64,000 nt of DNA from Camelus dromedarius (lineage: Eukaryota), in assembly GCF_036321535.1 (NCBI RefSeq), contig NC_087449.1, forward strand, positions 60,760,001 to 60,824,000, read 5' to 3'. Below are positions 1 to 9,380 of this stretch, in pieces. The notes under the pieces were generated by a model. That model did no database searches and was not told the origin of the DNA. It saw only the letters and a program-made list of their open reading frames with translations. Position 1 is the stretch's first letter; every line of letters starts with the position of its first letter. The position numbers and the translations under genes are program-made.

Positions 1-229
1 AGAGAGGTGAGGGTTCTGGGGGCTGAGCTGGAGACCCAGGAAAGTGAGGAAGGAGGGAGTAGGGAGAGGGCCGTGTGTTTGAAAACATGACAGTCCCTGA
101 TTGTCCTAGATGTTTCTCAGTTCTGTGTCAGAGACCCTGAGTCCTCTGTCTCCCTGGACCAGTGGGGCTGATGGTCTGAAGGTACCTGTGCTCAGACTTC
201 AGTGAAGTCTCTTCTATGTGTGTTAGACT

Positions 230-365
230 CACTTAGTCCTCACAGCAGCCCTGTGCTTACCCTAGCTTCATTTTATAGACAGGAAAACTGAAGTTCAGAG
301 AGGTCAAACAGCCTGCCCAAGGTTGCACAGCTGCTAAGTGGTGGGACCAGGACTTGGACTCAGAG
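230..365 (-). mobile_element. MIR SINE fragment
   Basis: ttttatagacaggaaaactgaagttcagagaggtc...cccaaggttgcacagc resembles the reverse MIR core. Confidence 0.75.
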
Positions 366-606
366 ACTCACGTTCAACTCACCTTCAGCTCTCACCATGG
401 TGCTGGTGGGGGAGGGGAAGGGGGACAGTGACAGGTTTCTCCTAAGCCTTCTGGGCCCAACCAGGGCTCAGGTACCCCCCCGCCCCCCCCCCCCAGGGAG
501 AGGACTCCTATGGGGTCTGCCCGCTTCCCACTGCTCGGCCCTCCTCACGGCCCCCGTCCGCTCGGTCACCTACAGGAGGGATGGGGCGCGGCGCCTCGGC
601 ACTCAC

Positions 607-752
607 GTTGCAGGCTGAGATGACGCCGTCACCCCCGGCGCACACCATGGTGTCCCTCACCGTGCTGCCCCACCAATCTCTCTGGCTGCACGTGTCGTGG
701 TCCACTATGGGCTGCAGGCCCTGCTGGAGCTCGTCGGCAATGGGGCCATTGG
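607..752 (-). CDS. CTRC: CTRC exon 6 ([49 protein letters not shown])
   Basis: AG at 754-753, GTGAGT donor at 606, 146 bp, phase 1 to 0. Confidence 0.96.
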
Positions 753-1039
753 CTGGCGAGAGAGCCGGTGGTGACCGGGGGTCAGCCCAGGCAGCCCCAG
801 CTCCAGTCCAGCCCCAGGCCTTCAGGGAACAGAGGACTGGGTGGGGCCGGGGCAGGCCCCGGGCGAGTTCTGGCTAGACTTGGTGGGACCCACATACAGG
901 CCCTTAACGGAGAAGCGAGACCCTGAGCCAATGGTCCCAAACTGTTAGGGGTAGGGACCCCTCCAAGGGCGGGGAAGGGAGAGCAGGCTGGAGGCAGAAC
1001 CAACCCGTGGAGAACCCTCAAGGAGTAACCACTGAGTCG

Positions 1040-1260
1040 AGCTGTCTTTCATTTGGCTTCTGGGCTTTTACCTGTCAGGCATTTCCATGCAGCGCTCTGC
1101 CCTTGGTGTCACCCACTTAAAGGTCTTTCCCACCCCTACATTTTCCAAGTATTGATCTGCATTTTCCTCTAAGTTTTCTGTAGTTTTGTTTCTTTGCATT
1201 TAACCTTTTAATTCAGCTGGAATTTATCTGGGATGCGGCACACCAGGAGACCTAATCCCC
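1040..1260 (-). mobile_element. old L1 fragment (approximate)
   Basis: T-rich tract ttttcctctaagttttctgtagttttg...tttaacctttttaattcagctggaattt resembles antisense L1. Confidence 0.45.
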
Positions 1261-1560
1261 CACCCAACAATGGTTAGTTTCACTTATTTAATAGTCACTC
1301 ACATGACACTTAGTGTGTGTCTGGCCCTGCTCTAAGCCCTTGACAAATTCTAATCCATTTAATCCTTATAACACCCCTTGTATACACCTGCTAGAGTGAC
1401 TGCCACAGGGCATGTGCTTAATAAATACTGTAAAGTTTAAGAAGATGTGAAGACATTTAGGCCAAAGGGAAAACTGGTGGGCAAATGCGGGCAGTGTATT
1501 TATTGTGGGAGCCACTTCCTCCAGGAAGGCTCTCATGATTTGCCGGGGGCGGGTACTCAC

Positions 1561-1697
1561 TCCAGAGGCGGCCCCAGCCTGTGACGTAGCAGGGGTAGTC
1601 CTGAGGCAGCAAGGAGCCCTCCTCCGGCAGGCATGCCACCTGGATGGTGTCACTCAGTTCCACAGACTCCGCCAGCTTGATAAGGGCAATGTCGTTG
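1561..1697 (-). CDS. CTRC: CTRC exon 5 ([45 protein letters not shown]), catalytic Asp
   Basis: AG at 1699-1698, GTGAGT donor at 1560, 137 bp. Confidence 0.97.
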
Positions 1698-2084
1698 CTG
1701 GAATCCAAAGTGGACGTGGTGAATGGCCAGGAGGGCTCTGGTCCCCCAAGCCAATGCTAAGAAGCCTGGGCTGTGAGTTGGGAGTCAGACCAAGTGTGAC
1801 CAGGGGTCCTCTGTAAACATCCTGGACCGCCAGCTTCTTACTGGCAGACAGAGATGCTTGGGGACAAATGATCCACCTTCTAACACTATCACCTGCCCCA
1901 TAGATGTAGCTTCTACCCCGACTTGTGTCTTCACGTCATGAAAGGCTTAACAGAGGGGACAAGCACAAAAGTATTCCAAGGGGTGTGCGTGAAATTAAAC
2001 TAAAGCAAATTGGAAATGATAATGATAAAGATACTTGCAGATGCAATTTTCAGTGTTCTCATGTTGCCAGAATAAAAGTGAACA

Positions 2085-2260
2085 GCCCTAGAGAGACTTG
2101 ATTTGATTCCTAGTTCTGCCACGTATGTACTGAGCTGTGTGACTTGGGACACATTCCTTAACCTCTCTGATCCTCGGTTCCTTGTCTAGGGCTGTTGTGA
2201 GGCTTAACTAGGAGATGGCATATAAATTGTGTATTGCAGGCATGCAGTAGGCATCAATAA
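2085..2260 (+). mobile_element. MIR SINE
   Basis: tctgccac...gctgtgtgacttggg...cttaacctctctg...gttgtgagg. Confidence 0.75.
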
Positions 2261-2543
2261 AGGTGAGTGCTGGCTCATCCTCTGGCTGAGAGACTTCAGG
2301 CAAAATACTGCAGGGGCCTGGGGGTCTTTATTCCCTGTGTACTTTCCAAGGACCCTTGACCAATGACGGGGGTGGGAGGGGTATCTGTCTCCACTTAGCA
2401 TTTAGCCGTTTTGGGCAAAGACGTCATCTGTTGGCTGTTTGGGGTGAGGATGGGGTCCAGGAACAGTCTCCAGCTCCGTCTCAGAGACCCACCCTTCTTC
2501 TGCGCTGCCCCAGGGGCCATGAGACTGTCCACTGGGCACTCAC

Positions 2544-2669
2544 CGAATCAGAAACGAGTTCCAGTTCTCATGGACATAGATGGTATCCACATCCACGTAC
2601 ACGGAGCCTTCCTCATCTTCCACCTCCAGGTTGTTCTTCCCCAGGCCCACGCGGTAGGTCAGGGTGTTG
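2544..2669 (-). CDS. CTRC: CTRC exon 4 ([42 protein letters not shown])
   Basis: TTCAG acceptor, GTGAGT donor, 126 bp; missed by the ORF track. Confidence 0.96.
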
Positions 2670-2959
2670 CTGAACAGAGCAAGGGGACCGGTCAGGGTGG
2701 CCTCCTGCCTCCACTGGCCAGGGGGGTGGACAGGGAAGTGGCCGCCACGGCGGGAATGGTTTGGGGAAAGGGAGCATTCACTCTGTTGACCCTTCCCAGG
2801 GCACGGGGTAAGGACCCTGCTCTTGGAGTTAAGTCCACTTTGACTCCTAGGTGGTTGGGCTCAGGCCTCACTTCCCTCGTCTGTAAGGCGGAGATAATTT
2901 TGGAAGTCCCCTCCCAGGGCTGCTATGGGAATGAACCAGTCCACATTGCTTCTGGCCTG

Positions 2960-3418
2960 TGTGATCTTGCCTGCGTTGCCCTCTAACCGCCTCTTCCTCT
3001 CCCCTCTCACAATCTGTTCCTGCCACACCGGCTTCCACCTGATTTCTCAAACATACCAAGTTGGCTCCCACCTCCAGGGCTTTGCATTGGCTGTTCCCTT
3101 CACTGGGAACACCCTTCCCCCAGACCAAAGATTTCTTATCTTAGTTCCTTCAGGTCTTTGCTCAAATATCCCCTTTCCAGAGAGAGCTTCCCCCGACCAC
3201 GTCATTTAAAATAGAAGCCCTCACACTTTTTATCCTCTTCTTGCCTTATTTTCCTTCATTGCCGCTTAATACATCATATATTTACTCATTTAAGGGTCTG
3301 TTGCTCTGCCTTCCACTAGAATATAAGCTCCCTGGGAGCACAGATTGTGTCCTCACTGCTGTGTTCCCAGGAACATAGTAGGTGCACAAAAAGTACTTGT
3401 TGGATGAATAAATGAGCA
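2960..3418 (+). mobile_element. L2 3' end
   Basis: tttgctcaaatatcccc...tagaatataagctccc...tagtaggtgc...ttgttggatgaataaatga. Confidence 0.8.
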
Positions 3419-3549
3419 ACCGAGTTACTGGATATGAGTAGCTTATTCAGCTCAGCGCCTGGAGTGGATGCCAGGTGCTCAGTGAAAGCATCGTGAGTTC
3501 CCGCTTCAGGTGATGGTGGGCTGTCTGTGCGTTCGCCCATCCCGTTCAC

Positions 3550-3647
3550 CTGATGCAGTGAGCAGCTGTGAGGACGTGACTGGGGCTGATCAAGGTGCCA
3601 CCGCAGGTGTGCTTCCACGTGCCACTACTGAGGTACTGGAGGGAGAT
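3550..3647 (-). CDS. CTRC: CTRC exon 3 ([32 protein letters not shown]), catalytic His
   Basis: CAG acceptor, GTGAAC donor, 98 bp. Confidence 0.97.
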
Positions 3648-3744
3648 CTGGAGGAGGAGGTGGAAGGGCCACATGTCAGCCCCCGGGACCCTCTCCCCAC
3701 CCCTCTCTCCACCCTGCCTCCCACACCTGCCGCAGCGCACTTAC

Positions 3745-3836
3745 CTGCCAGGGCCAGCTGTGGGGAATGGCACTGTCTCCTCCCACCACTCGGGCTGATA
3801 GGTTGGGCGGGATGCGGGGGACCCCGCAGCTGGAGG
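3745..3836 (-). CDS. CTRC: CTRC exon 2 ([16 protein letters not shown]|[15 protein letters not shown]), propeptide and mature N-terminus
   Basis: CCAG acceptor, GTAAGT donor, 92 bp. Confidence 0.97.
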
Positions 3837-4259
3837 CTGGGGGAGACAGGAGAGGGAAAGCACAGGTGAGCCGGGCTGGCATCGCTTTGGGGAAGAGACA
3901 GGTGGAAAGGGCGCAAGTTTGGGAGCTGGACAGACATGGGTTCAGCTTTCACTGTATGACTTTGGGGAAGACATTGAGTTCTCTGGCCTTAACTTCCTTT
4001 TCTGTGAAATGGGAAGAATAGCACTAACCTGGTAAGTTTGTCCTGAGTGCTGAATTAGATGATGCATGTATACAGCTTAGCAAAAGGCCTGGTGCAAAGG
4101 GAATGCTTAACACACTGAAGGGAAGTCAAAGGTGGCTGGCTGGTGTGTGAGGGCCCAGGTACACCTGTGTCCTTCATCCTCACCCCTTTTAGGCCATAGC
4201 ACATAGAGGGGTATGAGAATTGAATCCACAGGGTTCCAGACTGTCATAGCTGGGGAGCT

Positions 4260-4520
4260 GGGTGGAGCGGTCAAGAGCGTGTGCTGGGCAGTGAGACAGG
4301 CCCAGAGTCAGATTCTGGCTCTGCCACTAGCCAGCTGTATGGTCTCGGGCAAGATACTGAGCGTCCCTGAGCCTCAGGGTCCTCATCTGGAAAACGGATG
4401 CATTGGCAGACCTTGCCTCTCAAGGTTGTTGTGAGGCTCAAGTTAGCTCCTGGATGTCAAAGGCTTAGCACAGTGCCTGGCATGTAGCAAACAAGAACGG
4501 CCATTACTATTACTGTTGTT
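4260..4520 (+). mobile_element. near full-length MIR in CTRC intron 1
   Basis: gtcaagagc...ctctgccactagccagctgt...cctcagggtcctcatctggaaaa...cttagcacagtgcctggc...attactatta. Confidence 0.8.
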
Positions 4521-5045
4521 GTTATTGTTACCTGGAGGACTCTTAATCAAGTGCTCTCATTTGCCAAAACAGCCAGTGAGCTTTAGAGAGATGAGTGGCT
4601 TGTCCAGATCTGCTGAGAGTGAGTGACATTCAAGCCAAATTCCTTGATTCCCAGTCTGGGAGAAGACCACCAACATGGGGGAGCAAAGAATCCCCAAAAG
4701 AGAGAGGCCGATGCTGGGAAAGATAGGCCCCAGGGTGACCCAAGGTGAGGCACCTACTATGTCCTGGGGCTCGCTCTGTGCTTTCCCCGCCTCATGGCTA
4801 ATCCTTACCCTGGGGAGGTCAGAGCATCAGGCCCCTTTTGCAGATAAGGAAGCAGAGCTGCCCAGCAGGCAAGCAGCTCGTCTGACACACAGCTGGTCAG
4901 TAGTATCTGAACCCACACTGGATCCCAAAGCTCTTTCCTAAAGTCCTGGAGAGCAGGGGTCCCCTGCCCTGTCCTTGTCCCCAGGAGGCCAGCTGCTGGC
5001 TGCAGCTGGTCCCCGACCCACAGCTTACCTTGACCCACAGCTTAC

Positions 5046-5085
5046 CATAGGCCAGGAGCGCGGCAAGGACTGTGATGCCCAACAT
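5046..5085 (-). CDS. CTRC: CTRC exon 1 coding part (MLGITVLAALLAY), signal peptide
   Basis: AGCATG start at 5085, GTAAGC donor at 5045, 40 bp. Confidence 0.95.
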
Positions 5086-5109
5086 GCTGTGAGTGCTCAG
5101 GACTGAGTG

Positions 5110-5230
5110 GCTGTCAAGGTGGCCAGGGGTGCACTTATAGGCAGGAGTGGGGTCGGCCCACCTTGTCAAGGCTGAGACACCCCTTGGAAGAAACCTGTTC
5201 TGCCAAGGCCCTTTCCCTGACCTTGGGTGG
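5110..5230 (-). promoter_or_regulatory. CTRC proximal promoter: TATA (CTATAAG, 5140-5134) plus NR5A2-type CAAGG motifs and a TC-box
   Basis: TATAAG about 50 nt upstream of the ATG; CCAAGGTCA (5226-5218); TTTCCC (5212-5217). Confidence 0.75.
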
Positions 5231-5589
5231 TTACTGTTTAATCTAGGCAGGAGATGGGGCTGGCTTGGAGGCCTGGAATTCCCAATTATCCTGAGATAGA
5301 GCAAACCCTGAGGTTTGCAGGTTTGGGGGGCCCTGCCACTCTGCTTGGCCTGACTCATTCTTTTTAGTTGTTGTTTATTGAGCATCTAATATGTGCCAGG
5401 TGCTATGCTTAATTCTTCTTGCATTCACTTAATTTCTCCCAATGGCATGAAGTAGACACTCTTGTCCCCTCATCAAAGATGACAAAGCTGATTCCGCCAG
5501 GGCACACAGGACTGGAAGCTTCCACTTTCTCTCTCTAATAAATCTTGCTCTTGGGCCGCTGTCCCCGGGAACCCAGTCTCTGCTGTGAG

Positions 5590-5875
5590 AAAACCAAGCC
5601 GTGTGGAGAGGTCAGGAGCACAGTCTGGTCCACGCCAAGCTGAGCTCCCAGCCACCCAGCCGTATCTCCTGCCAGCCGTGTGAGGGGGCCTGGGGAACCT
5701 TCAGATGACGCCACCCCAGCTGCCATCCCACTGAAGCAGCACGAGAACTGCTAAGCAAGAGCCACCCAGCTGAGCCCAGGCAACCCCCAGAACTAGGAGA
5801 GAGAATACTAAGCGATTGCTTGAAATCACTAAGCTTAGTGATAGCTTTTTACACGGCAATAATAAACCCAACTGA
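5590..5875 (+). mobile_element. MaLR solo LTR fragment (MLT1-type)
   Basis: ccagccgtgtgag...cccagctgagccc...aatcactaagcttagtgatagctttttacacggcaata resembles the MLT1 3' end. Confidence 0.65.
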
Positions 5876-5911
5876 TTCTATGATAATGTCTTTTTTAAAA
5901 TTTACCTTCTT

Positions 5912-6051
5912 GGGGGAGGGTATAGCTCAGTGGTGGAGTGCATGCCTAGCTGGCAGGCACGAGGTCCTGGGTTCCATCCCTGGTACCTCTATTAAGAAAA
6001 CAAGTAAATATATAAACCTAATTACCTCCCCCACAAAAAAAGATGTTTTTT
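5912..6051 (+). mobile_element. tRNA-derived SINE, camelid Vic-1 type
   Basis: GGGGAGGGTATAGCTCAGTGG (A box)...GGTTCCATCCC (B box), A-rich tail; flanking repeat aattt[a/g]ccttctt (5899-5911 / 6052-6064). Confidence 0.85.
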
Positions 6052-6062
6052 AATTTGCCTTC

Positions 6063-6367
6063 TTTTTAACTGAAGTATACTCAGTTTGCCATGTTGTGTC
6101 ATTTCCGGTGTGCAGCATAACGCTGCAGTCATACATATATGTACATATATTCCTTTTCATATTCTTTCTCATCATAGGTTACTACAAGGTATTGCATATA
6201 GTTTCCCATGCTCTACAGAAGAAACTTGTTGTTTATTTACTTTGTATATAGTAGTTAGTATCTGCAAGTCTCGAACTCCCAATTTATCCCTTCCCACCTC
6301 CTTCCTGCCCGGCAACCATAAGTTTGTTCTCTATGTCTGTGAGCCTGTTTCTGTTTGGTAAATAAGT
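6063..6367 (-). mobile_element. L1 3' terminal fragment
   Basis: tttttaactgaagtatac...ggtgtgcagcata...ggcaaccataagtttgttctctatgtctgtgag typical of an antisense L1 3'UTR. Confidence 0.8.
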
Positions 6368-6599
6368 GACGATCTCTTAAAAGCAAAATGTCATCTTAAA
6401 ATAGACTAAGTCCCTTGAGGGCAGCAGCCGTGTTTATCACTGCCAGTTCCTTGTGTTAAGCACAGTGACTGGCATATTTGTTCCATCCAAAATTCTTCTT
6501 GAACAACTACACATGCCAGGCCTGTGCTGGGCCCAGGGATACAAGACAGCACAGTCCCTGACTTTGTGCGGAGGGCACAGATATTCACCTGATAAAGAC

Positions 6600-6646
6600 C
6601 ACACACACACACCCCCATACCCACACACACACACACACACACACAC
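6600..6646. repeat. interrupted (CA)n microsatellite
   Basis: direct inspection. Confidence 0.95.
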
Positions 6647-7128
6647 TCCAGCGGAAGATGGAGCTGAGACTCCAAGGGTCAGGACAGATGGGCCACAACA
6701 GAACCAGGATTTGAAGTCAAATTGCTTCCTTCTCTGCCTTTGTAGCTCTTTATTGGCTTCCTGACTTTGTCTTTTCCCCTCATTCAACTAATATTTTCTA
6801 ATCTTGAGGTACCCTCTGCCCTTCAGCACCTCCTCCCCAAGCTGTGGACAAAGGCTGAGGCCCAGGCACACCCTGGAAGGTGCTTGGTTGGCCAAATTCC
6901 TATGTGGAGCCAGGTCAGTTGTCTCCCTGCAGGACCCTCAGTCTCCTGTCTCTAAAATGGGCGGGTAGGGCCAGCTGGACTCTCAGGCTCCTTTCAGTCC
7001 TAAGATTCCATGACGTGGATGTCAAGGTCGAGTGCAGATCTGGGTTTGTGGTGTGTGCCCAGAGGTTCCACCGAGCGCCCGGCAGTTTTGGGGAGCGTCT
7101 GATGTATCCTGTTTGGCCCGAGGCCTGA

Positions 7129-7219
7129 CTTCTCCTCCTCCTCCTCCTCCTCCTCCTCCTCCTCCTCCTCCTCCTCCTCTCCTCTCCTCTCCTCTCCTCT
7201 CCTCTCCTCTCCTCTCCTC
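7129..7219. repeat. compound (CCT)n-(CCTCT)n pure pyrimidine tract, 91 nt
   Basis: direct inspection. Confidence 0.97.
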
Positions 7220-8464
7220 GGAAGTTGTTCTCTGAGCTGAGCCTACTGGTCACCTTAGGAATTATTTCCCAATAAAGAAATCCAGAACGCTCTACACGCT
7301 GCCAGTCACGGTGGTGATGGGGGGCGGAGGAGGACTCCAAATCACACGTTTTTACAGTTCACATCCTTTTTAAAAATAAGCATGTGTTACTTTGCACGCA
7401 TAAAAATTAGTAATGTTTTGATTAAACAAACAGCAACAGAGAGACAGCGAGTGTGAGGGAGTGGGGAGGGGTCTGCCCTGCTGTGATGACCTCGGGCCCC
7501 AGACCTGGGGCGTCTGGGGGATCTCAGGGAACTTTCTGTTGCGTTCTAGAGATTGGACAGTGGCTGCTGCCCACCACGCCTCAGATGCAGAGCTATTGGT
7601 CACCAGACTCTGCAAAGGGTCACCCTGGCTGGGGACTAACATCATAAAGAGATTGGGGCTGAGCTAGGGGGGGTCTTGGGGGTTGGCAGGGTTTGAGAGG
7701 CAAGAGACAGGACAACTGATTTCTGTCTCAGTCAGTGACTTGCTGGACCCCAGACCTTGGGCAACCTCTTTGGGCCTCAGTTTCTCTTGAACAACTTGGG
7801 AAAGTGATTAATTGGATACACAGGTGTACAGGGACACATACACACACACGGGCCTCTGTATCCTCCGGTGTGCACACATCAGTGTCACACACAGAAGGCA
7901 TTCCGTTGTACGCAGTCAGCTGCGGAGCCATGATCCACACACTCAAATATGCACCCAAATATAGAAATAGCCACAAATGCACAGGCACACAGGTGGAGAT
8001 AAAGAGTCATTGTTTTTCATTTTTGGAATATTCCCAGAGAAACTGACCTTTTTTGGAGAAGGAGGTTGCTGGCTGCTCTGGAAGGTACAGATGGCATCAG
8101 CTTTTAGGGGAAATTCCTTGTTTTGAGACATTTACCAGCTGGGGTCCTTTACGTAAGGCAGCACCAATAATTGTACTTGGAGAAAACTGAGGTCGCCTTC
8201 TTCTGCTTCGGATGCTGAAGACAGGATGTTGAGTGCTTTGTCATTGTTTCCTAGCTGTGTGACCTTGTGCTAGTGACTCAACCTCTCTGGGCTTCTACAC
8301 CCTCATCTATAAAATGGAGGTTAAAAAAAACGGCACCTGCCTCCTAGGGCTATTGTGAGGAGTGCCTGGCATACAGCAAGCTCCCTGTAAGTGTTGGTTG
8401 TTACTATGATTGTTGTTGTTGTCACCTGGTTCTCATGTGAGCTGTCACTGAGTCTGGACCATCA

Positions 8465-8686
8465 CTGGGCCCTCTTACAGTTCGGGGGCCTTTCCTTCAT
8501 TCAAAAATATTGAAAATTATGTTTTAAGACTTCATGGGTATAGAGACTAATATAATCCAGTTTGGATTCTATTTGTTTTTTTCCCTGGTGATTAAAAAAA
8601 AAAACCAGAACATTTTTGTGGGCCTTCAAGGTATCGCGGGCTCCAGGCACGCTGTGCCCACCGTATGGACAGACAGCTGGGCCCTG
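8465..8686 (-). mobile_element. hAT-type MITE (MER96B-like; family tentative)
   Basis: reverse strand reads CAGGGCC...GGCACAGCGTGCCTGGAGCCCGCGATACC...GGCCCACAAAAATGTT with an AT-rich core. Confidence 0.5.
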
Positions 8687-9222
8687 GCTGTGGTCCCTCC
8701 TCATGTCAGGTTGTGTACAACTAAAGGGCTGACAGAGACTTTGGGGAGTGTTCTGTGATCATCGTGAACACCTTTTATGGGTCCTAGAGATGCCTTTAGC
8801 TGTGCCCTGGGGTAGCCAGGGGGAAAACCGTTCTCACTGTGAGCAGCTGGGCAGAGGTGGGAGCTGCCTCTGCGCGTGGGCACAGCTAGTGCCCACCCGC
8901 TCTGACCTGGCCCTGGTGCAGGGAGCAGCTGGTCAGAGGATGCTGCTACTCCAGGGGCTCAAACTGCCTAAAGTTACAGCGGTGACATTGGTTAGTTGAC
9001 CTGATTTTCTGGTCATGGTAACCAAGACTGAAGAAGCAGCCCAAGAGGGCTGGCAAGTAGCAGCTGAGGGGGAGCCCTGGGCGAGTGGATTTCCTGTGGT
9101 TGGAGGGCAGGGGGCTTGGGGTTAGATGGACTTGAGTACTTAGAAATGTGACTCTTTAAAAAAAAAAGTGATTCTTTTGCCTGCGCAGACTGTGAGGCAC
9201 TGACTTACCAGGTACACAGAAG

Positions 9223-9380
9223 TCATTCATTCATTCATTCATTCATTCATTTATGCATTTCTCCCACAATCGCTGAGCAGCTCGTGTGTGTGGGTGCTGT
9301 GCTGGGGCTAGAACCACAGAGATAATAAGACTCTGTTCAGCACCACTGGAGCTCCCCGCTGGGCAGGGTGATAAGTGTTC
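9223..9380 (-). mobile_element. L2 tail with (TCAT)7
   Basis: (TCAT)n followed by gtgctgtgctggggct...cctggagctccc. Confidence 0.65.

Larger units (their letters stand above)
607..5085 (-). other. CTRC: CTRC (chymotrypsin C/caldecrin) gene span, exons 1-6; the 3' end lies outside the window
   Basis: Six GT-AG exons of 40/92/98/126/137/146 bp join into 213 codons: signal peptide, CGVP..SAR|VVGG activation site, TAAHC (His) and NDIALIKL (Asp). GDSGG (Ser) exon not found in 1-606. Confidence 0.97.

Noticed and set aside
2411-2986. 191-aa + strand ORF
   Set aside because: Antisense shadow of CTRC exon 4 running into MIR/L2 sequence
5912-5990. tRNA-like sequence with A and B boxes (also near 43250 and 50990)
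   Set aside because: SINE heads with A-rich tails and TSDs, not tRNA genes
6915-7340. ORFs with poly-Arg/poly-Pro
   Set aside because: Translation of the (CCT)n/(CCTCT)n microsatellite
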